This document shows, in pieces, positions 1 to 11,466 of a stretch of 64,000 nt of DNA. Numbering within the stretch: position 1 is the first letter of the stretch; every line of letters begins with the position of its first letter. The translations under genes and the position numbers were made by a program. The DNA lies in NCBI GenBank assembly GCA_028715985.1, contig JAQUQR010000001.1, positions 125,927 to 189,926 on the forward strand. Direction: 5' to 3'. The notes below the pieces were generated by a model that had not been told where the DNA came from, searched no databases, and worked only from the letters and a program-made list of their open reading frames with translations. The stretch comes from Methanocellales archaeon (GTDB taxonomy: Archaea > Halobacteriota > UBA148).

Positions 1-858
1 GACGAGGCTATTTGGCTTGCACAGCATGGTTTGACTGTAATGACCTTTGGCGACATGCTCAGGGTTCCTGGGACCAAGATGTCACTTTCGGATGCGAAAG
101 CAACCGGCGGAGACGTACGTATCGTTTACAGTGTTACCGATGCGGTGAAGATGGCAACGAAAGAGCCTGATAAGAGTTTTGTCTTCTTTGCGATAGGCTT
201 TGAGACAACAGCGCCAACGGTTGCCGCCGAGATTCTGAGGGGTCCGCCTAAAAATCTAAGCTTTCTCACCGCACATAGGCTGATTCCACCGGCGATGAAA
301 CTCCTCTTGGGCACCAAGGACATTCAGATAGATGGCTTCATTTGTCCGGGCCATGTGGCGACTATTATCGGAGCTGATGCATTCAGCATATTTCCTCAGA
401 CCCACAATATGCCCACAGTTGTAGCCGGATTTGAGCCCATGGATATCCTGATGGCAGTTCTCATGCTACTGAAACAGATGAAATATGGTGCCAGACTTGA
501 CAACGAATACTCCCGTTCAGTAACCAAAGAGGGCAACGTTAAAGCCCAGGGCATTCTCAAAGAGGTTTTCGACGTGGTTGACGGATGTTGGAGGGGGATT
601 GGAAGCATTCCGTCTTCGGCATATAGGTTAAAGGATGAATTTGCCGATTGCGATGCGCGCCTCAGATATGATATTAAAACAGAATCAGCAAGGGATATGG
701 TGCCCGGCTGTAGCTGTCATTTGGTCATCTTGGGAAAAATAAATCCTTCTTCATGCCCAATGTTCCTGAAAGCGTGCAGGCCTGAGCACCCACTGGGACC
801 TTGCATGGTCTCCCATGAGGGCACTTGTAATATCTGGTCGAGGCATGCCCAGCTCTAG
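1..858 (+). CDS. hypD: Hydrogenase maturation factor HypD, 5'-truncated at the window edge.
   Basis: FAIGFETTAP and CPGHV motifs, with a C-terminal Cys cluster. The reading frame is open from base 1, upstream of the first Met. Confidence 0.75.
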   Translation, partial: DEAIWLAQHGLTVMTFGDMLRVPGTKMSLSDAKATGGDVRIVYSVTDAVKMATKEPDKSFVFFAIGFETTAPTVAAEILRGPPKNLSFLTAHRLIPPAMKLLLGTKDIQIDGFICPGHVATIIGADAFSIFPQTHNMPTVVAGFEPMDILMAVLMLLKQMKYGARLDNEYSRSVTKEGNVKAQGILKEVFDVVDGCWRGIGSIPSSAYRLKDEFADCDARLRYDIKTESARDMVPGCSCHLVILGKINPSSCPMFLKACRPEHPLGPCMVSHEGTCNIWSRHAQL

Positions 859-994
859 GATTTCCGGATCGTTAATAGTAGATCGTTAATATTGATATGT
901 TAGGTAAGCTAATGAGGCAGGTAAGCCACTTATAACCCCAGAAGGAAAAGTTAAAACTTTTATAGACCATAGTTTTATCCTAAGTAGAGCATAT

Positions 995-1315
995 GTGATT
1001 GACCATGGAGGGAAGCATTTGGAGAAACTATATTTCTGTGGCTATGATGTAAAGAAAGATATGGATAAAGTGTTGGAGAACGACCTCCTCAAGCGAACAG
1101 GCTACACAGTTCGAGAATGCAAGTTACTGGAATCTGATCGTAAAGGGTACTTTTTGTACATATCTGGAACGCCTAAGAAACTCAAAGAAATCAGTGAGTT
1201 ATTTGCTGATTTGCCGATAGAGAAGCTCATAGGGAGGGAGGCTAAGCAGATAATCAAAAAGATCCAGGCTGAAGAGGATTCGGCTGCAACAGGTATGGGA
1301 ATGATATTTGGATAG
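995..1315 (+). CDS. Hypothetical small protein of 106 aa.
   Basis: Intact ORF with no recognisable motif. Confidence 0.4.
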   Translation: MIDHGGKHLEKLYFCGYDVKKDMDKVLENDLLKRTGYTVRECKLLESDRKGYFLYISGTPKKLKEISELFADLPIEKLIGREAKQIIKKIQAEEDSAATGMGMIFG

Positions 1316-1635
1316 AGTAAATCCAAATCATTCCTTCTTCATTTAAATTTTATTTTTTTACAGCTCTCACTATGTTCCTTCTCACTATATCCATATCCTG
1401 CTATAACCCTTCTTTTAACCAAATAACCTCCCTATAGTCTCTTTAACTAAACACTTCTAAAAAACGACCTCGTAGAAGATATAAGGCATTTCTTGGGGTT
1501 TTCAGGTCTTTAGACTACCTTCTCGGAGAGAGAAATGCAAGAGAGCGCAAATATAGAAGGAGTTATTCCAAGACTTGAGGCGGCATAGGATAGATGTCCA
1601 TCCTACTGCATTTTTTCTGTCTGTATAGCCTATAT

Positions 1636-2418
1636 CTATTGCTCTACTGAAGTTGGCTGACTCTTGGTAGCTTTTGAAGTTTTAACTTGTCTCCGTTTAG
1701 CAGGTAAGCATATCTTGGTTTTATCCATTTCAATGAGTGCGGCTTCATTCAACAGGTGGCGGAAAGCTCCAACAATATCTTCTGGGGACACAGATATGCC
1801 AGTATCTTTCTTTATTCCGCGCTGGAACCTCCTTATCGATTCTTCCGATAATACGGTCTTTAGAAGATTGAGAGCGGTTAACACATTTCTTTTTTGCCAC
1901 AATTTGTCCAATCCTTGCTTTTTAAGATTTTTATAGCTGACTATTTCAAACTTCTGAGCTAAGACCATTAGGTTATCATTTAACAAGTCCCAAGATTCTA
2001 TCAATTTAGTCTGAGGGGGTTGACCGAATGTAATGTGATAAAGTTTCCATTCTTTACTATTGGTTAGCAATATCCATTCACAGCCAATATCAATAGCATA
2101 GGATGCCGCCTGTCTGATGTGTTTTGTGGAGAGGTCAATATTCACCCTTTTAACTTCAATGAGTACATCTGGCTTTGATGTCTCTTCATGACCGAGTTGG
2201 ATGGCAATATCACAATGTACAGCATCCCCAGTCCCATGAATTGCATACTCCTGTGTGATATGTTTGAAAGTGTCATATCCCATAAGATTTTCAAGGATAT
2301 GGTCTATACGTTTGCGTGTTTCCGCTTCATTACTATCAGCTTTTGCAATCGCTTCTACTAAACTACGAGCATATAAGATGGCTTTCTTGGTTGCTTTATC
2401 AAGGCTAGGTTTAGGCAT
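1636..2418 (-). CDS. PD-(D/E)xK nuclease with an HsdR-N-like N-terminal domain (type I restriction enzyme R N-terminal / Mrr-like).
   Basis: N-terminal SNEAETRKRIDHIL resembles the HsdR_N signature. D..IAI followed by LIEVKR gives a D-EVK catalytic arrangement. The C-terminal ~130 aa are unassigned. Confidence 0.55.
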   Translation of the reverse strand: MPKPSLDKATKKAILYARSLVEAIAKADSNEAETRKRIDHILENLMGYDTFKHITQEYAIHGTGDAVHCDIAIQLGHEETSKPDVLIEVKRVNIDLSTKHIRQAASYAIDIGCEWILLTNSKEWKLYHITFGQPPQTKLIESWDLLNDNLMVLAQKFEIVSYKNLKKQGLDKLWQKRNVLTALNLLKTVLSEESIRRFQRGIKKDTGISVSPEDIVGAFRHLLNEAALIEMDKTKICLPAKRRQVKTSKATKSQPTSVEQ

Positions 2419-2601
2419 GGGTTACCTCCTCAATACTTCTTCCAGTTACCGACTGGCATATGTAATATTATATTGTTAACTTTTAAAGGTTCGTTTAATT
2501 ATACATCTGGTTTCGGTGGGAATTTTGTTACTAGATAGGGTATAAGAAAGGTATTTTAAACACAAATATCTGATTATATAAATTAGTGGAGAAGGGGTGA
2601 A

Positions 2602-3768
2602 ATGAACTATAACTGGCAAAAATATAAGGGGTGGATCATATGCATAATCATAACATTGGCAGTCTTTTTAATCTTGTATTACGCCTCTCCAAACACAGAT
2701 CAAGACAATGCAAGATACATATTAAGTGCGATCTCTCAGGGCTTGGCTGCCATACTTGCTTTGGTGTTTACGATTACGTTGGTAGTAGCTCAGATGACGA
2801 GAAGATACACGGCGATGGATAAGATCATATTTAGACGTGGAACCATCGGTTTAATGATTATTTTTGGATTAGGGGTTGTCACACCACTTTTAGTTCTTAA
2901 AGCAGGCTTCTGGGAATTGGGTGTAAATTTCTCAATTGCTCTTGCGGCTTTCTGCGTCTTTTCATTAATTCCATTTTTAAAAGACGTTAATAGCATATTG
3001 AAATATGAGATTGGAGCTGAGAATCTATATACAGAGTGTATAAACGCAATTAATTCAGGGTATGAAACAGAGACATCGGGCATCATCTTTGAATTGGGTG
3101 AGATTGTCAAAGGCGCAGTTAAAGAATCTTGTGAAGATGCGGTAGTAAATATAATATTTTATTTATCACAAATAGGCAAAAAATGTGCCGAAAAGAGATG
3201 GGTAGATGAGACTTGGTTGGTTATAGATAACTTAACACGTATTGGAGTCTATAGCGTTGGAAGGATATTTACATGGGCGACAAAGCCTACAGTCCGTGGA
3301 TTAAAAAATATCGGTGTTATGGCTGCTAAAAATAGATTGGAGGGTGCTTTCCTCCAAAGTAGGGATTTTCTGGCTGAAGAAGCCATCAATGGGTTAAAAA
3401 AGATCGGGATTAAAGCTGCTGAGATTAAAGCTGATGAGAAGGGGTTTAATAAAATATACGGTGGATCCGCTCGTGTTGCTGAAGATTTAAAGACCGCTTG
3501 CATGGGAGTCTCAATGGGCGGCATAATTGACATTTGCATGAAATTAGAAGATAAACATTTAGCTGTAAATGAGCTGTGGTGGGTAGGTGCATTTGTGACG
3601 AAATACTTACCTAAAAATAGTGATATAGCCATCCAAAGTCTTAAAGAAATAGAAGAAGATATCGGTAAGGGTGGATTGATGTATGGGGCGAAAAATTGTA
3701 CACGTGGCTACCCTCAACTAGAAGCCTCTTTGGAAGACTTTAAAGAGCAATATAACAAAAATACTTAA
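2602..3768 (+). CDS. Hypothetical membrane protein with about 4 N-terminal TM helices and a ~240 aa soluble domain.
   Basis: Hydrophobic segments within aa 10-130 and no recognised catalytic motif. Divergent from the neighbouring nuclease gene. Confidence 0.5.
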   Translation: MNYNWQKYKGWIICIIITLAVFLILYYASPNTDQDNARYILSAISQGLAAILALVFTITLVVAQMTRRYTAMDKIIFRRGTIGLMIIFGLGVVTPLLVLKAGFWELGVNFSIALAAFCVFSLIPFLKDVNSILKYEIGAENLYTECINAINSGYETETSGIIFELGEIVKGAVKESCEDAVVNIIFYLSQIGKKCAEKRWVDETWLVIDNLTRIGVYSVGRIFTWATKPTVRGLKNIGVMAAKNRLEGAFLQSRDFLAEEAINGLKKIGIKAAEIKADEKGFNKIYGGSARVAEDLKTACMGVSMGGIIDICMKLEDKHLAVNELWWVGAFVTKYLPKNSDIAIQSLKEIEEDIGKGGLMYGAKNCTRGYPQLEASLEDFKEQYNKNT

Positions 3769-3799
3769 TTCCAATACTAAAAAAGAAGTTTATTTTTTA

Positions 3800-5101
3800 T
3801 CACCCCTCTAACTTCAGCCCATACTCATCCAATCGCTCTTTTGCGCGTTCCCGTCCCTCCTGATGCTCCCTCAAAAATTTAATCATTAGTTCTGCAGCGA
3901 GCGACTTGCAACTCCCGCAGGTGCGTTTACCCTCCTTACATTCAGTGAATATCTCTGCCATATGGGCATCATCCTCTATCAAATGGAAAAGCAACAGTTC
4001 ATAGACCGTACATTTTTGGGGTTCACCGCCCAATTTGCGTTGATCCGTTAGGGTCACCCGCCCTCCAGTCTTTGCTTTCTTAACCTTTTCCGCTGCAACA
4101 TCGGGGGATTCTGTGAGAGCGATTATGCTGTCGGGAGAGCTGCTCGACATCTTCCCTCCCGTCAGTCCGCTCATAAAGCGATGATATATAGAGGAAGGAA
4201 GGATTAACCCGTATCCACCATGCTCAATTTCCACGGCCCGTACAACCGATTCGATCTTCCTTACGTCTTTATTGTCATAAATGTCCACGTGCTCGGCATA
4301 AATTTTCACGTCACCCTCCAAGCTATCAGCTATTTCATACATTGCCTCTTTGTTAGGGTGCTTTGCCCTGACGCTAATGTAATCCTCGCGTTGTTCCACT
4401 TTGAACATCCTCATCCGGCTTGCTATGTCCCGCGTAAGTCTGATATGGGGGTCTTGGTCAAATCCTACAGGAATCACAACTGGTTTGGGTCCCCCATATG
4501 CCTTCAGCTGTGGATGGAGGATATCCGCGCTTTGAACAAGCGCACTTACCATATGTGATATATGGGTCTCGCCGGAAAAACCATAGATTGCGCTCATCTC
4601 AGAGAGATTTGCCTCTACACCTAACTCAAAGGCCAGATCTTTGACAAAGGTGTCTTTCGATTGAAAATAGATCCTACCATTCGGTTCAAATCCGAGTGCT
4701 ATCACGCTAAGGACATACTCGTTGATGCCCCTCTCAGTGCATTCTTTCCATGGGATCCCTCGCACGGCATGCGCCTCCATGTCAGCTATTCCGAAGAATG
4801 CGTCTGCGCCCATCCGTTGGTGCCATATGATCTCATCCATCACCATCTTATGTCCTAGGTGCACCGGACCGGATGGCATAAATCCGCTCATGACGCCGAA
4901 GGGCTGATTTGAATGCATCGCATCCAAAATGGGTTGATAATCGCGATGGCCAAAGATTATTTGCCTTCTCATGTATAGGTGTGGATTGGGCACCTCTGCC
5001 AACAGATCCCCGAAAGGGGATACGCCAAACTCATCAAATAACTTAGAATAATCTTCTATGAAATTCGTGCTCCATGGATTGAGCTTTATTTTCCGCATCA
5101 T
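3800..5101 (-). CDS. trpS: Tryptophan--tRNA ligase, archaeal type.
   Basis: Class I aaRS motifs PSGPVHLGH and KMSSS. Its 433 aa size and adjacency to endA are typical for archaeal TrpRS. Confidence 0.8.
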   Translation of the reverse strand: MMRKIKLNPWSTNFIEDYSKLFDEFGVSPFGDLLAEVPNPHLYMRRQIIFGHRDYQPILDAMHSNQPFGVMSGFMPSGPVHLGHKMVMDEIIWHQRMGADAFFGIADMEAHAVRGIPWKECTERGINEYVLSVIALGFEPNGRIYFQSKDTFVKDLAFELGVEANLSEMSAIYGFSGETHISHMVSALVQSADILHPQLKAYGGPKPVVIPVGFDQDPHIRLTRDIASRMRMFKVEQREDYISVRAKHPNKEAMYEIADSLEGDVKIYAEHVDIYDNKDVRKIESVVRAVEIEHGGYGLILPSSIYHRFMSGLTGGKMSSSSPDSIIALTESPDVAAEKVKKAKTGGRVTLTDQRKLGGEPQKCTVYELLLFHLIEDDAHMAEIFTECKEGKRTCGSCKSLAAELMIKFLREHQEGRERAKERLDEYGLKLEG

Positions 5102-6144
5102 GGCTTGGCCCTCCCGATATCAATGTATTTTACCTTTTTATCCTTTATGTAAGCAAAGATCATCTGCTTTCTAACGCTCTGAGCAAGCCTTATGGCACGT
5201 GACATCTCAGGCAACAAAAATATGTGGTCCTCTGGAATCGCGTGTACCAAATATTCTGAGTGTTGTAACCTTTTCATAGGCTCTATTTTCTTATAGACAC
5301 GGAAGTGGCTTCCAAACTTGAAACCTGTCTTTACAACCATTCCCTTATTTCTCATGTCCTCGTAGATATTGAGTTTCCTTTTGAAAGTGGGCTCAATTTT
5401 GGTTGCAACCCCTGTGAATTTCCTTAGACTGAGTGCATGTCCACTTCGATCAACGATCTCGATGACCTTCTTTTTTAGCAAGTATGCAGATTCGACCAAA
5501 GATAATTGTAACCTCTCCTCTTGGAGCTTTCCGAAGAAGCCATTATGGTAAAGGAAGTGAGCCAGCTTTGAGTCAAATATCATGGCCCTATCCTCTAATA
5601 ATAGGGCCTCCTCTTTAACATGATCTACTGGCTTCATATCCCCTTTCATCATTGCCCTTTTGACCTCATAGAAAGTTACTTCACTTTCCTCGTCAACTAT
5701 CGCTAATAATATTCCTTTTCGTACATTTTCCGCGGTTTCCATAAGAAATGTCAGTTTTGCCAAGGGAAGGGGTTTTCGCTCTGATATCACATGCACAAAA
5801 TACTCCGCTGGGGTTTCACCGGGTCTTTTACCCCTCGGATATAATCGAAAATCGGTTGCGCTCGGCTGTACATGGTACCCCCTTTCCTTAAGGTCCTTGT
5901 AAACGAGGTATTTCAGTTCGAAATTTTCCATTCGCATGGAAGCTATCTTGAAAAACTCCGCAAAGCTCAGAACATGTTTATCTAAAGCGATGGTGATTTT
6001 TGCCCTTTCCAGCAGATATGATGCTTCTGTTAATGATAATTCCAGGGTGTCTTCTCTGGGGCGCCCATAGTAGCTGGAATCATATAGCTCTGTTAGGGCC
6101 TCACTACCTACTATGACCTTGTCACCTATCAATTCGCCGTTCAT
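5098..6144 (-). CDS. endA: tRNA-splicing endonuclease, long duplicated form (homodimer type).
   Basis: 348 aa two-unit architecture with a conserved C-terminal catalytic region. The 4-nt overlap with trpS is a conserved archaeal gene pair. Confidence 0.75.
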   Translation of the reverse strand: MNGELIGDKVIVGSEALTELYDSSYYGRPREDTLELSLTEASYLLERAKITIALDKHVLSFAEFFKIASMRMENFELKYLVYKDLKERGYHVQPSATDFRLYPRGKRPGETPAEYFVHVISERKPLPLAKLTFLMETAENVRKGILLAIVDEESEVTFYEVKRAMMKGDMKPVDHVKEEALLLEDRAMIFDSKLAHFLYHNGFFGKLQEERLQLSLVESAYLLKKKVIEIVDRSGHALSLRKFTGVATKIEPTFKRKLNIYEDMRNKGMVVKTGFKFGSHFRVYKKIEPMKRLQHSEYLVHAIPEDHIFLLPEMSRAIRLAQSVRKQMIFAYIKDKKVKYIDIGRAKP

Positions 6145-6157
6145 ATCCTCACACAGA

Positions 6158-6229
6158 TGGACTCGGCGGGATTTGAACCCGCGGCCCCCGCGCTGCGAAC
6201 GTGGTGCTCTTCCACTGAGCTACGAGCCC
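6158..6229 (-). tRNA. tRNA-Ala (anticodon CGC).
   Basis: Cloverleaf with a G3:U70 wobble in the acceptor stem, which is the Ala identity element. Anticodon loop is TTCGCAG and T-arm is GCGGGTTCAAATCCCGC. No CCA is encoded. Confidence 0.8.
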
Positions 6230-6235
6230 CATTTA

Positions 6236-6508
6236 TTAGATTCGGCTGAGCTCAATGACTTGTACGCTCTCTACGCCATGAACTTTCGCGAACGACTCTT
6301 CTGCTCTTTCGGTTCCGCCCTCTTCGTCTTTCACAATTATGGCGGCTATTAGCGCTTTTAAGCCAAATGCTATCGGCTCTTCTGCAAATCCCTGCAATTT
6401 TGCGCCCTCTGGCACGGCTGCCCTTATGTCTGCCTTGAGCTTTTCAAAGTCGATATCTGTGTCTTTTGGCATTATTTTTATTGTAGCTGCTACATACAAA
6501 ATGTCCAC
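6236..6508 (-). CDS. Translation elongation factor 1-beta (aEF-1beta).
   Basis: 89-90 aa protein with an acidic C-terminal half, in the typical archaeal position next to the Zn-ribbon gene. Confidence 0.8.
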   Translation of the reverse strand: MDILYVAATIKIMPKDTDIDFEKLKADIRAAVPEGAKLQGFAEEPIAFGLKALIAAIIVKDEEGGTERAEESFAKVHGVESVQVIELSRI

Positions 6509-6509
6509 C

Positions 6510-6698
6510 TCAGGGCCCTATAAATCCGCATTTAGCACAACTATAAGGATTGCTCTGTTGTCGGCATCTCGTGCATCTTCCTATCTTTTCTCCACACTCT
6601 GGGCACAGAAACCGAGTAAACCCTCTCTCTGTGAGCCTAACCCCACAGGATATACAACTCTCTGATGTTGTACCTTTGTCTGTTGTTTTCTTAGCCAT
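6510..6698 (-). CDS. Zn-ribbon protein conserved upstream of aEF-1beta (COG2888-like).
   Basis: Two CxxC...CxxC pairs in 62 aa, with the adjacency expected for this family. Confidence 0.7.
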   Translation of the reverse strand: MAKKTTDKGTTSESCISCGVRLTERGFTRFLCPECGEKIGRCTRCRQQSNPYSCAKCGFIGP

Positions 6699-6825
6699 TG
6701 TTCTCTCCTAGATAACTCCAAAAAAATCGTAAAGAGTGAATTCAGGCGTTTATCTAGAGGGGATGGGACACCCAAATTCACTCCATACACAATTTGATGA
6801 ACCTATATTTAATATTTGCCTTATC

Positions 6826-7299
6826 TTATATACCCAATTTTTCTGCGATCATTGTCATGCGCTTTCCAAGCCCAAAAGCCTCTTTTTTAGCTTGTTCATC
6901 AGTCCCAGCTGCGCCATAGTGCCCACCGACTTCGATGGGGTCGCCGACGACGACCATTCCGTGTATCAACATCGCTTCCAATATGGAAAGCATGGTTGTC
7001 TCTTTCCCCCCAGTTCTGTGCCTGGATGTCACGAATGTGGCGCCGATTTTCCCCTCTAATTTTCGGCGAACGCTGATCGAATCATCGATAAGCCTTTTGA
7101 CATCTGCCGCCATATTTCCAAAGTAGACCGGAGAGCCGATGATTATTCCGTCATAAGTGGGCAGTTCTTCCACATCAACTTCGCTCACTTTTTTTAGGAC
7201 CGCCATCCCTCCTGCATCTTTTACGCCCTCTGCTACGGCTTTAGCAAGCTCCTCAGTATGCCCGGTCTTCGAGTAATATGTCACAAGTATCTTAATCAT
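6826..7299 (-). CDS. Flavodoxin-like FMN protein (WrbA / NADPH-dependent FMN reductase family).
   Basis: N-terminal LVTYYSKTGHTE flavodoxin signature. Confidence 0.7.
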   Translation of the reverse strand: MIKILVTYYSKTGHTEELAKAVAEGVKDAGGMAVLKKVSEVDVEELPTYDGIIIGSPVYFGNMAADVKRLIDDSISVRRKLEGKIGATFVTSRHRTGGKETTMLSILEAMLIHGMVVVGDPIEVGGHYGAAGTDEQAKKEAFGLGKRMTMIAEKLGI

Positions 7300-7362
7300 G
7301 GTTTAATCTAACAATCATTTGTCGTGATAAGTTTTTTTATCATGCATGCCAATCTAGCTCTG

Positions 7363-8037
7363 ATGGCAAATAAAGAGAAAGAAGCAGCAGGCAAATCTGC
7401 AGTAGAATTAGTCCAAGATGGGATGGTAGTTGGGCTAGGCACGGGCTCGACGATCAAATATGTGATCAGACATCTGGGTAAGAAAGTCAAAGAGGGCTTG
7501 GATGTCCTTGGAATCCCCACGTCTCACCAGACAGAGTTGCTTTCGATTCAAGCAGGAATACCGCTTACGACATTATGGGCGCATCCAGTTGTGGATATTG
7601 CGATAGATGGGGCAGACCAAGTTGATTCGATGCTGAACTGCGTCAAAGGTCAGGGAGCTGCACATACACGTGAAAAGATCATGGCATCTTCCGCAAGTAG
7701 ATTTATTGTCATAGTGGACGAGAGCAAAATGGTGGGTGTACTGAACTGTCCAGTTCCGTTGGAGGTCCTGCCCTATGCTCTACGACTCGTGGAACTGCAA
7801 GTGACAAAGTTTGGGGGCGTTCCTAGGCTGAGGGCAGCTCGTAAAAAGGATGGGCCGGTGATAACAGACAATGGTAATTTTGTGTTAGATGTGGACTTTG
7901 GTGAGATAATAGCTCCCAAAGAGCTTGAGGAGCACCTATCAAACATCATTGGAGTAATCGGGCATGGTATTTTCACAAACGTGGATGAGGTACACGTCGG
8001 GAGAAAGGAGGGGGTGAAAGTCTTAAAAAAGTCATGA
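7363..8037 (+). CDS. rpiA: Ribose-5-phosphate isomerase A.
   Basis: [12 protein letters not shown] motif and a GxDxxD region. Start chosen at Met14 of the listed ORF. Confidence 0.8.
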   Translation: MANKEKEAAGKSAVELVQDGMVVGLGTGSTIKYVIRHLGKKVKEGLDVLGIPTSHQTELLSIQAGIPLTTLWAHPVVDIAIDGADQVDSMLNCVKGQGAAHTREKIMASSASRFIVIVDESKMVGVLNCPVPLEVLPYALRLVELQVTKFGGVPRLRAARKKDGPVITDNGNFVLDVDFGEIIAPKELEEHLSNIIGVIGHGIFTNVDEVHVGRKEGVKVLKKS

Positions 8038-8412
8038 TAGGTGACTTAACTTACGTAGTTTTTTTATGTTTTCAAGATCCTTTTCTGCCTGTTGCCGTTT
8101 CATTTCCTCGAGACGGGTGATGATATCTTCGATGGGAACAGCTAATTTGTAGCTCTTTAACGGTCTGCCTTTGCCCTCTCTCTTGATATCTCGTACAACA
8201 ACCCAGTTTTCCTCTTTTAATTTCCGCATAGCGATGCTCACCTCAGGTTGTCTTAGATTCGCTCCGAGTTCTATGCTTCTAGAGGTAACATCATCTGCGT
8301 TAGCCAGATACATAAGTGTCCTGGCAACGTTCCTCTTAAGCCCTAGGTCCATCAATATTCCTACAGACTCTTCGTCTGTATCATCCAATACTGATACTGC
8401 TAATTTTTTCAT
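8032..8412 (-). CDS. Winged-helix transcriptional regulator.
   Basis: HTH-like segment [36 protein letters not shown]. Confidence 0.5.
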   Translation of the reverse strand: MKKLAVSVLDDTDEESVGILMDLGLKRNVARTLMYLANADDVTSRSIELGANLRQPEVSIAMRKLKEENWVVVRDIKREGKGRPLKSYKLAVPIEDIITRLEEMKRQQAEKDLENIKKLRKLSHLS

Positions 8413-8508
8413 CTATTCACCTAATATGTATACTTTAAAATATCTCAGTCACAATAAACCTTTCGGAGACCACAACTATTATGTCACTTTATGTCGACTA
8501 TAAAACAA

Positions 8509-8582
8509 GCCGGGGTGGCCTAGTTGGTTAAGGCGTCAGACTCATAACCTGAAGACCGCGCGTTCGAATCGCGCTCCCGGCA
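8509..8582 (+). tRNA. tRNA with CAT anticodon (elongator Met or Ile2).
   Basis: Acceptor GCCGGGG/TCCCGGC, D-arm GCCTAGTTGGTTAAGGC, anticodon loop CTCATAA and T-arm GCGCGTTCGAATCGCGC. Confidence 0.75.
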
Positions 8583-9094
8583 TGATTGAAACGTCAAAAA
8601 TAGCAAATCGTTGCTGAATACTGTGAGTTATATTCTCACACTTACTTTTTCGGAATCACTCTCTCTCCAGAACACGTTTTTGGGGTAAGGCATCATTCTG
8701 TTAAAGTAGCGAATATCTAAACGGCAAGCAATCAGCATTACATTCATTGTATTGACTTCAGCTCATTTATGATTACGATTTTTTAACGTGTTTATGCAGA
8801 AATCTGCTTTCTTTATTCTAATCTTATGTTCTTCAGGTTCTTAGACCCTATTTGGAGACTCTCACAAGTCCTACGTATCCTAGTCAATTGACTTTTAATA
8901 TCTAAATCTTTTGAAATTCTCTTGCTCAAAGGTTGTTTGGCACCTGAAATACATCACATAATTTCATCACATGGAAAAGTGGTCACTTGTATATCGTCTT
9001 CATCGATATCTTTGTTACCCCCTGCGACGTTATATTGTATGTCCAATAAAAAGCGATATATATCCTCTGGTTCAACCTTGAATGGGGTGTCACT

Positions 9095-10276
9095 TTGTAT
9101 TTATTGGGCGAAGCATTGATCGGTGAAGAACCAGAGATCGCGCACATTGATTTGGTCATCGGAGACAAAAACGGGCCTGTAGGGATGGCATTTGTCAACG
9201 CGATGTCTCATATGTCTGCTGGGCACACTCCGCTCTTAGCAGTCATCAGACCAAATCTACCAACTAAGCCATCCACGTTGGTCGTTCCGAAGGTCACCGT
9301 GCAAAATCTAGAGCAGGCTGCGCAAGTTTTCGGACCTGCACAGACGGCCGTTGCAAAGGCTGTGGCAGATGCGGTGGAAGAGGGTTTGATTCCTAAAGAT
9401 AAAGCAGAGGAGTTAGTCCTAATAGTGAGCGTTTTTATCCATCCAAAGGCAGAGGATTATGGTAAGATTTACCGCTATAACTATGGGGCGACAAAACTAG
9501 CAATACAGCGAGCTATGGAAGGATTTCCTTCGGTGGATAAAATAATATATGAAAAAGATCGATCTATTCATCCGATCATGGGTTTCAAGATTGTGAAATT
9601 GTGGGATCCACCCTATCTGCAGGTCGCGTTGGATATACCGAGCATAGAGTCAACTAAAAAGGTGCTCGAAGAGTTACCAGAGAGCGACCACCTGATCCTA
9701 GAGGCAGGTACGCCACTGATAAAAAGATATGGCCTAGATATAATTCAAAAGATGAGAGAAATTCGAAGGGACGCGTTCATCGTTGCAGACCTTAAGACGC
9801 TGGACGTCGGTAACCTAGAGGCTAGAATGGCGGCAGACGCCACCGCTGATGCGCTCGTCGTATCTGGATTGGCGCCTCCTGCGACCATTGAAAAAGTGAT
9901 AACAGAAGCCAGAAAAACCGGGATTTGCTCTGTCATAGACATGCTAAACGTTGGAGATCCCAAGGGCTTACTGGAGCGATTAACCGTTATGCCGGATGTA
10001 GTTGAGCTACATAGGGCGATAGATGTAGAATCCAAGGAAATAAAGCATGCGTGGAGTGATATTAAAGGGATTAAACTTCTTTCGGATAAGATGTTGGTGG
10101 CAGTAGCAGGCGGTATCGTGGCCGACAACGCTAAAGAAGCGATCAAATCAGGTGCAGATATCCTCATCGTTGGCAGGGCTATCACCAAGGCAAAAGACAT
10201 CGAGGGCATGGCAAGGCGTTTCCTTGAGCTGATGAAGGAAGAAATCGATCAGTTTAGAGTGATGACTGATTTCTGA
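9095..10276 (+). CDS. fae-hps: Bifunctional formaldehyde-activating enzyme / 3-hexulose-6-phosphate synthase (Fae-Hps fusion).
   Basis: N-terminal Fae signature ([26 protein letters not shown]) fused to an OMP-decarboxylase-like Hps domain. 393 aa. Confidence 0.8.
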   Translation: MYLLGEALIGEEPEIAHIDLVIGDKNGPVGMAFVNAMSHMSAGHTPLLAVIRPNLPTKPSTLVVPKVTVQNLEQAAQVFGPAQTAVAKAVADAVEEGLIPKDKAEELVLIVSVFIHPKAEDYGKIYRYNYGATKLAIQRAMEGFPSVDKIIYEKDRSIHPIMGFKIVKLWDPPYLQVALDIPSIESTKKVLEELPESDHLILEAGTPLIKRYGLDIIQKMREIRRDAFIVADLKTLDVGNLEARMAADATADALVVSGLAPPATIEKVITEARKTGICSVIDMLNVGDPKGLLERLTVMPDVVELHRAIDVESKEIKHAWSDIKGIKLLSDKMLVAVAGGIVADNAKEAIKSGADILIVGRAITKAKDIEGMARRFLELMKEEIDQFRVMTDF

Positions 10277-10963
<687 letters not shown>

Positions 10964-11466
10964 GTGCTGCTTCATCAAGTCTTGATTTGTGATAAACTCA
11001 ACTATGCTACTAAAGGATTATACCTGCTGTGATAGTATCTACTAGAAGGAAAAATCATCCACAACTTGGATAACGAAACCTTTTGGAGAATATATCCTTG
11101 ATGAGCTTTTTACATATATTTTCATCTTATATTTACTCTAGTAAAAGATAAAGCTCATATCACGGGAACTTAGCGTTTAACCTTGAGCTTACCTCAGCGA
11201 ACTCTGCTAGCTAGCTTGAATTGGTCAAGATTTAGATAATCCTAGGTTGATATTATGTAGACATTGGTGGTAGTTATCAGGCATATTGTGTTAATAGGGA
11301 AATTTGTGAGCGTACACTTCGCCTTTCAAGGATTTCATAACTATTGCTATACAATGACTCCAGTTTAGTTATGTATAAAAAAACTAAAAACATTTACCAG
11401 TATTTTCAGATAATAAAACACGAAACCTATTTCTATGAGAACTTTTACAAGTTTTATTGGTGAATT

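Noticed and set aside
869-900. Short direct repeat gatcgttaata x2 downstream of hypD.
   Set aside because: It is only two 11-nt copies in an AT-rich spacer, with no further structure. This is likely chance or a minor terminator-region feature.
1560-1640. Imperfect palindrome gcataggatagatgtccatcctactgc followed by a T6 run, considered as a terminator.
   Set aside because: It is imperfect (5-bp arms) and poorly placed relative to the nearest plus-strand gene end (1315). It was judged not worth reporting.
6113-6352. 79-aa plus-strand ORF spanning the tRNA-Ala gene and the aEF-1beta C-terminus.
   Set aside because: It overlaps a tRNA gene and a conserved CDS on the opposite strand.
8583-9094. 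500-bp non-coding region 3' of the CAT-anticodon tRNA as an integrated-element attachment site.
   Set aside because: There is no direct repeat of the tRNA 3' end downstream and no integrase or foreign genes. It is more likely the promoter and leader of fae-hps.
9745-10209. 154-aa antisense ORF inside fae-hps, and the many similar antisense or out-of-frame ORFs inside r-protein, secY, infB, gltX and rtcB genes.
   Set aside because: They fully overlap well-supported conserved genes on the opposite strand or in another frame. Their Ser/Pro/Ala-rich low-complexity translations are typical of spurious ORFs.
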